A stretch of 64,000 nt of DNA from the IMG/VR virus record IMGVR_UViG_3300044691_000347, positions 1 to 64,000 of that record, one strand, 5' to 3'. The position numbers and the translations under genes are program-made. Under the pieces are notes generated by a model. The model did not search any database. It was not told the origin of the DNA and saw nothing but the letters and a program-made list of their open reading frames with translations. Shown one piece after another: positions 48,878 to 59,246 of the stretch (position 1 is the first letter of the stretch; every line of letters starts with the position of its first letter). This DNA is from a virus.

Positions 48878-50689
48878 TCATGCGGCTTGCTCCGTCGTAT
48901 CGTTTGTGGCGTAGAAGGATTCGAGGGGGCGGCCAGCGAACGCGGCGAGCATCCGGAGGGTTTCGATGATGTGCTGTGGCACGAGTCCACCTGCGATCTC
49001 ATGTATCCGGCAGCCGTCGAGGTTCAGCCCACGCAACACGTCTTCCGGATGGGACCGCTCCAGATCGACGATGATCGGGTGCCTGATTCCGTGCTGCCGC
49101 GCGTACCGCCTGGCATCGCCGGATCGGCTGGCGATGATGATGTGTCGTTGATCAGACGGGCTGTATCCGGGGATCCGCGCATATTCGGCGAGGATGGCGT
49201 CTCGTTCGCTGTCGCCCGCCAAAGTGGCTGCCGTATGCATGTTCCGTACGAAGCCGACGGCGGCCGTAATGTCGCTGCCTTCGTCGGTCGGCGTGAAGGT
49301 GACCGCGTTGCGATCGACCGTGCCGATCTCCTGCCAGCCGCCATCGCGGAGCGCCTGCCAGCCGAGCGAATCCGTCAGGTCAGCACCTACCGGAGCGGCC
49401 AGTAGGCTTGCCGGCTGCGGGTCGCCAGGCAGCCAGCGGCGCAACGTGATCGGTGCTGGTGCATCCGGTTGTGTCGCAGGAGCGTTCACCGGGCGGAACA
49501 CGACATTGCGTGTGACCGTGTTGAATCCGGCAAGCTGGTAGCTGGTCGTGGACATCTGAGCTGTCGGCTCTACAGGCTCGCGGAAGGATGTAATCCGGAC
49601 CGGGTTCCGAACGTTGATCCGGTCGAACGTCCGCAGGTCGCCCGCTTCCTGCGTGTGCCCGTTCGCGGGTCCATCGCGCAACTCGACTTGCTCTGATCGT
49701 GGCTGGCGCCAACGGACTTCGATCACGCGCATGTGGCGCGATCGGTCGCGCTCTACCTCGCAGTAGACGAGATCCCGTGAGTCGATCCACACTCCCGGAA
49801 AGTGTGTGCGAGCTTCGCGCGTGAATGTGTGGGCCATCTCCTCGTTCAGATGGTTTCGCATGCTCGCATACACCTCTTCTACGACAGTGAGGCAGAAGAT
49901 CAACTGTTCGAGTCGCCGCACATGCGCGAGGTCGAGGATCGCGGTCTCATCACGCAAATACCAGTTACCTGTGACGGGCGGTGTCTCGCAGTGGATTTCC
50001 ATCCACTCGTCGCCGGTTTCGCGATTGAATCCGCTGATAGCGCTGGCGCACACGTCATAATCGGGCCGCATCAATATTCGTTCGTGTCCAGCGATAACGC
50101 GGGTGGCCGCCGGGAACATCACACGCCCGGGTACCGTATAGTTGACCTCGCGGTAACGTTCAGTGTCCAGGCGGATCCCGTGTCGGCGCACGTCGTCGCA
50201 ACGCCACCATTGCGGACCGTGCGTCAGTGTGGACGCGGAGCCGGTGAGTGGTTGCCAGCTGCTGCCGTTGGGCAGGAACGGGTTCGGCATCCACAACTGG
50301 CTGTCGCCGAGTGGGTCGTCCGGAATATCCCACGTCCCCAACCGCAATGCCAGGTCTCTCAGCGTATAGCCGCGCGGCACAGCATTCGGTGTGGCCGCAT
50401 ATTCTGGTGCGCTCGGAGACTCTGGTACGGGCGGCGTAAATTCGCCGTCGAACGATGATCCGGGGCAGATGACGGGCGTGTCGTCTTCGCTGTACCGATA
50501 GTCTTCGTCGTAGGAACCGGACCATCGCATCTGCTCGATGTTCTGGGTGATCGCGAGCCCGTGCCATTCGCGGTCACACCATGAGTGTGGGCATTCCGGG
50601 AACGTGGGATCGTCGAAGTCGTATCCGGTTTCCGGCTCGCCCTGGGCAAGCTGTTCGTCGATGGCGTCGACAATGTCACGGTCAGTCAT
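48878..50689 (-). CDS. Large mosaic hypothetical protein (603 aa)
   Basis: Long ORF with coupled ends; N-terminal CPH..C...WHG. Confidence 0.65.
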   Translation of the reverse strand: MTDRDIVDAIDEQLAQGEPETGYDFDDPTFPECPHSWCDREWHGLAITQNIEQMRWSGSYDEDYRYSEDDTPVICPGSSFDGEFTPPVPESPSAPEYAATPNAVPRGYTLRDLALRLGTWDIPDDPLGDSQLWMPNPFLPNGSSWQPLTGSASTLTHGPQWWRCDDVRRHGIRLDTERYREVNYTVPGRVMFPAATRVIAGHERILMRPDYDVCASAISGFNRETGDEWMEIHCETPPVTGNWYLRDETAILDLAHVRRLEQLIFCLTVVEEVYASMRNHLNEEMAHTFTREARTHFPGVWIDSRDLVYCEVERDRSRHMRVIEVRWRQPRSEQVELRDGPANGHTQEAGDLRTFDRINVRNPVRITSFREPVEPTAQMSTTSYQLAGFNTVTRNVVFRPVNAPATQPDAPAPITLRRWLPGDPQPASLLAAPVGADLTDSLGWQALRDGGWQEIGTVDRNAVTFTPTDEGSDITAAVGFVRNMHTAATLAGDSERDAILAEYARIPGYSPSDQRHIIIASRSGDARRYARQHGIRHPIIVDLERSHPEDVLRGLNLDGCRIHEIAGGLVPQHIIETLRMLAAFAGRPLESFYATNDTTEQAA

Positions 50690-51030
50690 TCGGTGGCGTC
50701 CCGGGATCTCGTGAAATCGATTCGATCAGGTTGTGGACATCTTGCGCAAGCGAAAGGCTTTGCGTCGCATACTCCAGAGGCCCTTGCCGATCGAAACTCG
50801 CTACAGTTCGGCGGATAGCCGCGTTACGGAGTCTCGTCAGCAATCGAATATCTTCGTTCACAAACCAATTATCATCGCCGAGTCAAACCCGGATTCTCAC
50901 TTTCACATCAGGTTGAGCAGCGTCAGCACGAACAGGACGACGGCGAGTGCGAACAGGCCGCTGATGGTGCCGTAGAACTGCCAAGCAGGTATCACGTTCG
51001 GTCCGAAGAACACGTTTCTACGTTTGGGTG

Positions 51031-51435
51031 TCACGTCGTTTCCTCGGTGTAGATGTCGGCGAGGGCCCGGATGTATTCGCACGGCCACGTTTCATATTCT
51101 GGCTCGGAGTCGCCGGCGAACGGCAGTGTCGAACATGCCTCGCACGCCCGAATCTCGATCACACGATTTTCCGCGGACCGCGTTTGGACGAACACGCCGT
51201 CACCGTAACCGGTCAACGGTGCATGCTCACGCAGGATCAGACGCTTCAACGCGACTTCACGCGGCACACGGCGAGGGTCACAAGCATCTCTGATCGTGCC
51301 GGGAATGTGAATGTCGGCGATGCTGATGCCGTACATGTCACGATCCAGTTCGCGTACTCGTAGTTCGTTTTTCGCACGCTTCTCGTCTTCCGCGAGGCCA
51401 GCAGTCAGGCGGGCGAGCGGATCATCGACGGTCAC
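51031..51435 (-). CDS. DUF6221-like protein
   Basis: L.A.LAEDE..A...DP.RV.REV..KR.I..EH...C..C...WPC...RALA..Y. Confidence 0.7.
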   Translation of the reverse strand: MTVDDPLARLTAGLAEDEKRAKNELRVRELDRDMYGISIADIHIPGTIRDACDPRRVPREVALKRLILREHAPLTGYGDGVFVQTRSAENRVIEIRACEACSTLPFAGDSEPEYETWPCEYIRALADIYTEETT

Positions 51436-52860
51436 GTGTTCACTTCCGGATCGTGTTCAGTCTGGGTGAACGGGTGCGACGATTGAACGGTGATGCCCCG
51501 GGCACCATTACATGGATTGGCCGGATGATCCGAGCAGGGCGTCCCTACCGGTTCGGCGTGGAAGCCGTACGGATCGACCGGGCAGTTGTGAAGCCTGCGC
51601 TGCCAGCCGTCGGAATGGACCCAACTGTTGCCGGCGGTGGGACTTTGCTGGATGGGGCCGTCGCAGTGCTTGCAGATGGTCTGCTTCTCGCTCATCAGTA
51701 GTTCACCCATACTTCGATGTTTTTCGATGCTTCGTAGTGGAAGGTTTCGACACAGTTTTGGGCGGCGATACAGTAGTGGTCGGTGGCGTCGGCGCTGAGT
51801 TTCGACCACTTCGGCAAGTCGGGGTCACCCAAGCGGATTCGCTGGTACATGACTTTCGCCGCTTTCACGATGGTCGGGGACCATTCGGAGGTCCGGAACT
51901 TACCGGTCGTGCTGTCACTCACCGCGCACCCCACGTCCACATGCCGAGCAGATGCAGGGGCGCGGTATGGAACAGCCACGGCAGGTAGATAGCGGTCGAA
52001 TCATGATTGGGCAGTGCGGGGTTCACGATGTCTCCTCGTTGTCGTTGGGCCAAGAGTTGAAGCAAATGCCTTCGCTGTGGTCGCCGTCGTGGCCTTGGTT
52101 GAATCCGCATAAGTACTTGATGGTCGGGTGCGGCTCGTGACACATGGGCTCATCCACCGGAAACCAGCGACGGTTACGGTTCACTGGATCTCCTGGAGGT
52201 AGCGGCGCCGGTAGTATCGGGCGCGTATCGGGTTGACTTGGTTCCAGGTCCGGTAGTCGAAGAATGCGAGTTTGCGGATGATCCAGACGGCAAGGCAGTC
52301 GTCACACATCCACAGGTAGCCGTCGTCGCCGGCAGCTTCGTTGATCCGGTCGTTCGGTCGCGGTGACGTCGACAGGGATCCGGCGGGGCGTGGCGCGGGC
52401 CGCATCGGTGGCAAGCATGTGTGTGACGCTGGCGGCGGTTCTGGAGCCATTCTCAGCCATGTCACTGAATCTCCTGGATGTCGTTGAGTTCGATGTTTCC
52501 GTTGTACGGGAAACTGCCCGACTTCAACCGGTCCACCAGGTGGATTATCGCCGGTTCGAAAAACGTGCGCCGCAACGAATCCGGGTCGGCGAGATCGTTG
52601 GTCGACAGCCCGAATGTGACATCCGTGTGGTTTTGCCGGTCGAGGCTGAACATCTCGAAGCGCACGAACACGCCGCCCGGATTCTTCACGGCCATCCGCT
52701 CGAACGCTTCTTCATGCCCAACGGGAAGGGGCAGACCCTTGGCTGTTTCGCTGTCGCTCACGTGCTTTCGCCTCCTGTGCGGCGAGCTGGACTCGCCGTC
52801 TTCATGCTTCGTGCGCATATCGCGGTATAAGTGTCTCTGCGGTGTCAAAGCCTCAATCTC

Positions 52861-52889
52861 TTGCATATTTAAACCCTAGGGTTTAAGCT
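52861..52889 (+). promoter_or_regulatory. Rightward promoter with a perfect 18-bp palindrome over the spacer and -10 box
   Basis: TTGCAT-N17-TAAGCT; TTAAACCCTAGGGTTTAA at 52869-52886. Confidence 0.65.
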
Positions 52890-52926
52890 GATGTCATCGC
52901 CGAAACCGACTGAAGGACACACCTGG

Positions 52927-53316
52927 ATGTATGAGTCGATGACTGATCGCGACGAGATCTCTGCCTCATCCCAGCTGGCGCACCGCGTAATCGCCCACCT
53001 CGCTGCGGACACCCCCGATACCCTGACCGACGTGTGGTGGCACGACGGTACCCCCGATCGTGAGATTGCCGTCATGGGAGGCTGGGACCAGGCCGACACC
53101 ACCCCACGCGAGACTCTCGACTACGCCGTGATCAATTCGAACCTTGTCACCGTCTATTTCAACGGCGACCCCTCAGGTTCGGTGCGGTGGACTCTGTTCA
53201 CCCAGCACGAAGACGAAAACGGTTTCGAGTACAAGACCGAGACCGCCGCAGGCGAATCCACCGGCGATCCCGCAGCCGTCATCGCCGCGATCCGGCAGGT
53301 TGCCGAGGCGCACTGA
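52927..53316 (+). CDS. Hypothetical acidic protein (start uncertain)
   Basis: GAAGGA RBS; TGATG coupling to the next gene. Confidence 0.6.
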   Translation: MYESMTDRDEISASSQLAHRVIAHLAADTPDTLTDVWWHDGTPDREIAVMGGWDQADTTPRETLDYAVINSNLVTVYFNGDPSGSVRWTLFTQHEDENGFEYKTETAAGESTGDPAAVIAAIRQVAEAH

Positions 53317-53825
53317 TGGCCTGGTATACGATCCACCACAGCTGCGAACACCAGTCCGAACGTCAGATCTACGGCACCAACACGCACGGTGAACGCGAGC
53401 GCGAAGCCGCGCACTACGGCCGCCGACGCTGCCCCGACTGTATCCGGGCGGCACGAGACGAAGAGTCCACCCAGGCAGCGGCTTACGCCGACATCGCGGG
53501 CTGGCCCGCACTGCAAGGCAGTGAGCGTCAAGTCCAATGGGCGCAGACGCTGCGCGCCAAAGCGCTCGACGAACTCGATAACGCCTGCCGCGTGGCCGGG
53601 GTTGCCGAGCACGATCACGATGAGCTGCGGGCGGTGCTGCTGGGCCAAAGGCGGGCACGGCAGTGGATCGAGTACCGCGGTGGTAACCCGCGCGGCAACC
53701 AGATGATGAACCTCGTCAACATGACGACCTTCACCCCGCTGCCGGGCCTGCTCGCGGCGTGGAGAAGCGATCCGGACAAGGGCGTTGTCGACCGGTTCCT
53801 AGACGCACACAAGGACAAGCCATGA
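53316..53825 (+). CDS. Conserved hypothetical protein (zinc ribbon plus L.GS..QV.WA..LR motif)
   Basis: MAWYTIHHSCEH...CPDC...LQGSERQVQWAQTLR. Confidence 0.7.
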   Translation: MAWYTIHHSCEHQSERQIYGTNTHGEREREAAHYGRRRCPDCIRAARDEESTQAAAYADIAGWPALQGSERQVQWAQTLRAKALDELDNACRVAGVAEHDHDELRAVLLGQRRARQWIEYRGGNPRGNQMMNLVNMTTFTPLPGLLAAWRSDPDKGVVDRFLDAHKDKP

Positions 53826-54169
53826 CACATGACCCGATGACCGCGATCACCGGCGACGACATCTCTGCGCCGTCGCCGTGGAAATCCCTTGCCCAGCAAG
53901 CTCGCCGGCTCGCAGAGATAGCCGACCAATATGCGCAAGCCGCACCCGCCGATCTCGCGCCCCGCACCGATGATGACGACGAGTTCAACGCATTCACCGA
54001 CCTGAACGCGCGAGCAACCGCCCTCGTCGGTGTCGTCGCCGCCTGCCGCCGCGCCACCTGGAAGACACTCCACGACCAGGGGGAGAACTACTCCGCGATT
54101 GCCCGCATGTGGAACTCCAGCCCGCAGAACGTCAGCCAGACGCTCAAAGCGCCGAAGCAGCCCCACTAA
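53822..54169 (+). CDS. C-terminal HTH protein
   Basis: LHDQGENYSAIARMWNSSPQNVSQ. Confidence 0.65.
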   Translation: MTHDPMTAITGDDISAPSPWKSLAQQARRLAEIADQYAQAAPADLAPRTDDDDEFNAFTDLNARATALVGVVAACRRATWKTLHDQGENYSAIARMWNSSPQNVSQTLKAPKQPH

Positions 54170-54789
54170 ATCACCGTCCCGCCGTACCATGCCCGGATCG
54201 ATTCGATGTCGCCCGCGGACACGTCCATGCCGGCGAGTTCCAGGATTCTGCGATCCATCTCGATAGACGGCCCCGGCATCGGATTCGCGTGGATCACAAC
54301 TTGGGCGGCTGTCGCAGTCTCCTCGTCGTCCGACGTCACCAGCGCCAGCAGATCCCCGGACATCAGGATCGCTGAACGGATCATCGCCTCCACGGTCGGC
54401 GGCCCGAACATGGCACGCAGCAACGCATCCCCGACGCACCCGTCAATCAGGTCGTCATGGCTCGGGCGCCCACACCAGCAGCGCTCACTCATGCCAGCCC
54501 TGTCTCCTCGTTGATTGGTGCGCCGCCACACGGTCGTGGTACCGCCGTGCGAGCGTGCCGTGGTAGCCCGCACTTCAACCTTCTCGACACACCCTTTCCG
54601 CTTCAGGCCGAGGATCATCGGACCGAGTCGGCGAGACTCCGACAAGTCCGCCCAGCCTTTCACCCGCATCGCCGTAAGAATGTTCGCGTTGATGAACTCT
54701 TCACCAGGCGGCAGGCTGAGGATGAGCCGTTGCGCCACAGCCAGATACACGGTCGGATCAGGGCCGTCGACAACATCAGTCGTCGTCAT
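54166..54789 (-). CDS. Hypothetical protein, probably two fused ORFs
   Basis: Internal AGGAGA RBS with an in-frame ATG at 54492. Confidence 0.5.
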   Translation of the reverse strand: MTTTDVVDGPDPTVYLAVAQRLILSLPPGEEFINANILTAMRVKGWADLSESRRLGPMILGLKRKGCVEKVEVRATTARSHGGTTTVWRRTNQRGDRAGMSERCWCGRPSHDDLIDGCVGDALLRAMFGPPTVEAMIRSAILMSGDLLALVTSDDEETATAAQVVIHANPMPGPSIEMDRRILELAGMDVSAGDIESIRAWYGGTVI

Positions 54790-56348
54790 GCCGCCACCGC
54801 CCCGGCGCCGTGGAGTACGGCACGCAACCGGGCACCGATCCACGCGCCAACCGCGGGGCTGACAGCGTTACCGTAACCGTCACATTGATTCCGGGCGCTC
54901 CCCCACACCTTGAATGTGCCTTCACGGCCGGGCCGGGTGGTGTCGAAGCCGCACCCTGCACCAACCTCGGGGGCCGTCAGCATCTTGAGGTGGCATGCCT
55001 CCAACGGCAGATCAGCAAGAACCACAGCCATTTCCGCGCTCAACATCCCTGGAATTTGCAGGGACGTCACCGTCGGCATCGGCTCCGAAGCGAGCACCGG
55101 GACTGTGTTCTTCCTGAACGGGATCACACCCGCCACCAGGGCGAGAGTTTCGGATCCGACGACAGTCGGCAGCGGGGTGCCGAGGCTGCGCGGTGCACCC
55201 TGAAAGTTGTTGATCGCCGCGAACATTGCATCCGTCGACAGCAAGGCCGTCTCCTGCTGCGAAGTCTGCGTAGACATCGGCTGCCACGGATGCCGTTCAA
55301 CACCATGCGCACTCTTAATAGGCATCAGAATGCCCGGGAACTCAGCGAATCTGCGGCGGCAACGCTCCGCGCGCGCCATCGTCGCCGGCGCCAACGGAAG
55401 CCGAACCTCCCGGTCACCCACCTTGAACGTCTTCAACGGCCGCTCACCAATCCGGGCACCCAAATCAGTGAGATCCAAGGCATGTAGCGACGGAGTCATC
55501 GGCGGAACAACCTCGCGACGGCACCGCGGGCATGTGTAATTGTATTGTTTGCCGTACCGCACCGAACCGCTCGGTGGAATACCGGTCTTCCACGACCACA
55601 CTGCAGGAACCGTGTCATCGCACGCAGCGCACCACGAGAGCGGCCGATGCTCCAAATCTGGGGCAGGCAAAGTCAGCAGCGAAAACACTATATAAATCCG
55701 GTCACGCGACTGCGGTGTATCGAAGAACTGCGAATTCAAATACAAAACCTGATGCCGGTACCCCTCGTTTCCGAGCTGCTTCAACCAATACCTGTACGTC
55801 GAACCATCCCCAACATTCGGTTTGCCGGGAATCGCAGGCCCCCACGACGTCAATTCCGTGGTGCATTCGATCAGAATCAGCCGCGGATGATGACGTTGAG
55901 CATAATGCAGGACACAATTCGCTGTGGCCCTGTCCTTCTCCGAACGGGTGACCCGATCATCGAAATCCGGATCATCCAAATCAAAAAGCGATAACCCCTG
56001 CTCGTAAGCCTTCTTCGTGTTCGCCTGCGTATGATTCGTGCAAGTCACGCCCGCACACAAAATATCTGCGGCAGGCAAATCACGGGCACTATGATAGTCG
56101 GAAGAGTCCGGGTTGATCAGATCCGCGATCCAATGCTCCGTTTCCGGATGGTTCGCTTCATGCACTGAAGTTTTGTAGGCATTGTGATTCGCGGCCATAA
56201 TCGTCGAAAATCCGGCACGCTTGATGCCTTCAGTCAAACCGCCGAAACCGGAGAACAAGTCAACGGCAACGAGATCATCATGACGCCAACGACGCCGTCG
56301 CGTCGCCGGCCGATGCTCCGCAGTGCGACTGATCGTTGTGGGCTTCAT
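54786..56348 (-). CDS. C5-cytosine DNA methyltransferase with a zinc-ribbon insertion
   Basis: DLFSGFGG, VTCTNH, IECT, PQSRDRIY, CAAC...CPRC, GNAV. Confidence 0.85.
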   Translation of the reverse strand: MKPTTISRTAEHRPATRRRRWRHDDLVAVDLFSGFGGLTEGIKRAGFSTIMAANHNAYKTSVHEANHPETEHWIADLINPDSSDYHSARDLPAADILCAGVTCTNHTQANTKKAYEQGLSLFDLDDPDFDDRVTRSEKDRATANCVLHYAQRHHPRLILIECTTELTSWGPAIPGKPNVGDGSTYRYWLKQLGNEGYRHQVLYLNSQFFDTPQSRDRIYIVFSLLTLPAPDLEHRPLSWCAACDDTVPAVWSWKTGIPPSGSVRYGKQYNYTCPRCRREVVPPMTPSLHALDLTDLGARIGERPLKTFKVGDREVRLPLAPATMARAERCRRRFAEFPGILMPIKSAHGVERHPWQPMSTQTSQQETALLSTDAMFAAINNFQGAPRSLGTPLPTVVGSETLALVAGVIPFRKNTVPVLASEPMPTVTSLQIPGMLSAEMAVVLADLPLEACHLKMLTAPEVGAGCGFDTTRPGREGTFKVWGSARNQCDGYGNAVSPAVGAWIGARLRAVLHGAGAVAA

Positions 56349-56616
56349 CGAACACCTCCGAAACCAGTCTCTCCACCGACGCAAACCCGCCGAAACCGAG
56401 CGAGCCCCGTAGAGCGATTCAGAAGCCGATCCGATACCGGTGTCGCAGAGACGGCATTACGTCCGGCAGCATGACGTACAGCGGGCACTACGGGCATCCT
56501 GAAACCAAGCACGCCCAGCAGGGAAACAAGGGGCGTTGGACGAAACTGCGTCGATCCATAAACGGAACGGTAACCCCGTTTATGGTTCATATCTGAATCA
56601 TTGTTGAGGTTTCTGT

Positions 56617-57012
56617 TCATGCCGCGACCGTCTTTCCGGTGATGCGGGCGAGGCATGGCGCGTGTGCTTCCTGCCCTGTGACCGGGTTTTTGCATGGATC
56701 ACCCGCCGGTTCTCCGCATCGTGGGCAGTCGTAGTTCAAGGCGCCTGCGGTTTGATAAGCGGCCATGGATGCTCGTCGCATCGGATGTTGCGTGCTGGTG
56801 CGGGTGCCGATTTGTTCGGCGAGGTCGATGACGTCTTTGGGCATGATCGCGTGGGTGTTGACTTTGTGGTGGATGGCGACGGCTTCTTCTGCGGTCGTTT
56901 TGTCGAGGTGCCCGATTTGGTGATGCCAGGTGGCGATCATGTCGCCGCTGGTTTCGCGTTGGTCGTATTCGGCGACGAGGTCGAGGATTTGTTGGGTTTC
57001 TGCACGGTTCAT
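56617..57012 (-). CDS. Replication-module protein (helicase-loader-like N-terminus, C-terminal zinc finger)
   Basis: MNRAE...YDQRE...W...A...H...IMP.D; CPRC...C...H.PC..R. Confidence 0.6.
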   Translation of the reverse strand: MNRAETQQILDLVAEYDQRETSGDMIATWHHQIGHLDKTTAEEAVAIHHKVNTHAIMPKDVIDLAEQIGTRTSTQHPMRRASMAAYQTAGALNYDCPRCGEPAGDPCKNPVTGQEAHAPCLARITGKTVAA

Positions 57013-57578
57013 GCGGCGTCGTCCTGCTGCTCGTTGGTTTCGGGTGTTCCGGCGAATGCCCGTTTGGGTTCGCGGCCGGTATTGCGGTCGGTGGCGATGT
57101 TCCACAGCGATTCGAGGTGCCGCGGCGGCTCGTTGAGGAGTTCGCGGGCTGCGGTGATGCGATGCCGAAGCTCTGCGTCCTGGTCGGCGGTGAGGTTGAT
57201 CGTCGGGTTTCGTCCGAGTGCGATGGCTCGCGAGTACCGGTGGGCGTCGTTCGGCCCGAATCCCATGTCCTGCAAGGAATAGTTGGCGGTGTCCATGAGC
57301 TTGCGGCGGTCGTCGGGCAGGTCACGTAATGCTTCGAAGTAGGTGGCTTGGGCGTGTGTGACGATCGCGGCGGGTGTGGGTCGATAGTTTTCCGGGTTTT
57401 TCCGGTAGGCGAGGTCGACGCCGGCGAGGAGGTCTTCGCGGCTGAGTCGGGATTCGGCGAAGACGTGTGCCCAAGCGACGATGGCGGTTTGGCTGGGGTG
57501 CGGGAACCACAGGTCGTAGCCGTTGCATCGTTCGAATACGGCTTGGGTGATGTCAATGTATTGTTCTGCGCTGGTCAT
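57009..57578 (-). CDS. Replication-module hypothetical protein
   Basis: D.WFP.PSQTAI.AWA..F...P.PA.I; coupled to the initiator gene. Confidence 0.6.
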   Translation of the reverse strand: MTSAEQYIDITQAVFERCNGYDLWFPHPSQTAIVAWAHVFAESRLSREDLLAGVDLAYRKNPENYRPTPAAIVTHAQATYFEALRDLPDDRRKLMDTANYSLQDMGFGPNDAHRYSRAIALGRNPTINLTADQDAELRHRITAARELLNEPPRHLESLWNIATDRNTGREPKRAFAGTPETNEQQDDAA

Positions 57579-58624
57579 GCGGTCTCCGGGTATTCGCTGT
57601 CGCCGCTGAGGATTTCGAGGAGCGGCCGGTCGTCGGTGGATGAGATCGGGGTGTCGGTGCTGGCGATGAGGCCGAGGCTTCGTTTCGCTGCTTGGGCGGC
57701 ATCAGCCCATCCGAGACTTTTACGGTCGTGGTTCGACAGCTGGGAGCGGTCGACGGCGCCTGGGGTTGGGGCTGGCCGCGTTTTGGCGCGGATGATGTCG
57801 GTGACGAGGTGCGGCAGCTGCCGCGGTCCGAGGTCTTTGGTGAGCCACCGTTCGAGGCCCGCGGTGATGTCCTCAGCCGCGATGCCTTGTTTGAGCATCG
57901 CGGCGGCTTCGGTGGCGAGCGCGGTTCGGGTGGCCTGCGGGAAGTGCGCGCAGAGTGGCTTGATGAGTCGCCAGCCGTCGACGGAGACGGCTTTGCCGGG
58001 GCGTTCACTTTCAGTGTCGGGTTGCTGATCGGTTGCCTCGCGCGTGTGCGCGCGCGGGGGAGGTGAACTGGAGTTATCGTCAACTTGAGGTACCCCCAAC
58101 CCCAACCCCTTCCCCGCGGGCGTCGAGACGTCGTCGGAACGCCGTTCGAACGGCGTTCCAAGTCCGTTCGAACGGGGCTCGTTGGCCGTGTCTGCGGGGT
58201 CGATGCGGTCGGCAACTTCGCTGGCGTCGGCACGGCCGAGACGGCGCAGCTCCTCCGCGAGGACAGCTCTAAGGACGGGGCTTTCGATGCCTTCGGCGCA
58301 TGCAAGCGCGTTTTTGAAAACGTTCGCGTTCTTGGTGATGCCGTCGTTTCGAATGAAGCTCCGTACAAGAGTTTCTTCGGTGTATTCGTCGCACACAATG
58401 AACCGGACAGCGATGAGTTCGGCGAGTGCGTCTGTAATGTCCTCACGACTTGTGTGCCGACTGCGTTTGGCCCACTTCCCGACCTGCGTAGGGATCATTC
58501 CGGCATTGTTGATGCCACGCTGAGACAGAAGCAGCATGTATACGCGTTGAGCGTTCGGAGTCAGGTCGACGAAGTCCGGGTCATCCCAGATGGATACGAG
58601 GATCCGGCCATGATCGCGCGGCAT
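57575..58624 (-). CDS. Phage replication initiator (RepA/O-like)
   Basis: MPRDHGRI..SIW.DPDF..L...AQR.Y..LLSQ...E.LVRSFIR.DG. Confidence 0.7.
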   Translation of the reverse strand: MPRDHGRILVSIWDDPDFVDLTPNAQRVYMLLLSQRGINNAGMIPTQVGKWAKRSRHTSREDITDALAELIAVRFIVCDEYTEETLVRSFIRNDGITKNANVFKNALACAEGIESPVLRAVLAEELRRLGRADASEVADRIDPADTANEPRSNGLGTPFERRSDDVSTPAGKGLGLGVPQVDDNSSSPPPRAHTREATDQQPDTESERPGKAVSVDGWRLIKPLCAHFPQATRTALATEAAAMLKQGIAAEDITAGLERWLTKDLGPRQLPHLVTDIIRAKTRPAPTPGAVDRSQLSNHDRKSLGWADAAQAAKRSLGLIASTDTPISSTDDRPLLEILSGDSEYPETA

Positions 58625-59200
58625 TTACAGCTCTCCGTTGGCGAGGATTTCCGCCGCACGCTCTTGCGTCTGTTTGACTCGCGTCCAGCAGCAGCCGCAA
58701 AAGTATTTCCATTCGTCAGAGACGCGCGCGGTCATCGCTACCTCCGTTAGTTCCAAGAGGTCTTCAATGCCCAGGCCCGCAACAACGAACTGCCGAACGG
58801 ACTGGCGCCAGTCGGCGGCGGGCTCGATTTGATGTTTCCGCCCGGCCGGGTCAGTCCACGTCCATAAGTCCCACCAGCTACGAAAGTTGTCTTCTAGCGC
58901 TCGGTCCTGGAGGTGTGTGATTGCGCGCTCCCCCGCGGCCTGCCGCATTGCGTCGGCCCAGCGGAGCGCGTCTGCTGCCACGTCGGCGACGATCGCGGAA
59001 TCGGGTGCGATAGAAGACTTGCCGCCGTTACAGTCAGCGCAAGCTGTGACGAGATTCGTGGGGTCGTCACTTCCGCCGAGCGCAACCGGGGTTACATGGT
59101 CGACAGTCAGTTTCACGTCCGGCGCGGTGGCACCGCAGTAACGGCAAGCATGGTTGTCTCTCCGCAAGATTTCGAAGCGGAGTCGTCTTGATACTGACAT
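58625..59200 (-). CDS. HNH endonuclease domain protein
   Basis: RFEILRRD...CRYCG...DHVTP..GG...NLVTACADCN.GK. Confidence 0.9.
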   Translation of the reverse strand: MSVSRRLRFEILRRDNHACRYCGATAPDVKLTVDHVTPVALGGSDDPTNLVTACADCNGGKSSIAPDSAIVADVAADALRWADAMRQAAGERAITHLQDRALEDNFRSWWDLWTWTDPAGRKHQIEPAADWRQSVRQFVVAGLGIEDLLELTEVAMTARVSDEWKYFCGCCWTRVKQTQERAAEILANGEL

Positions 59201-59246
59201 AGGTGTGGCCCTTTCGCCGTTAGGCGGATTGGGGGGCGGATGAAAG

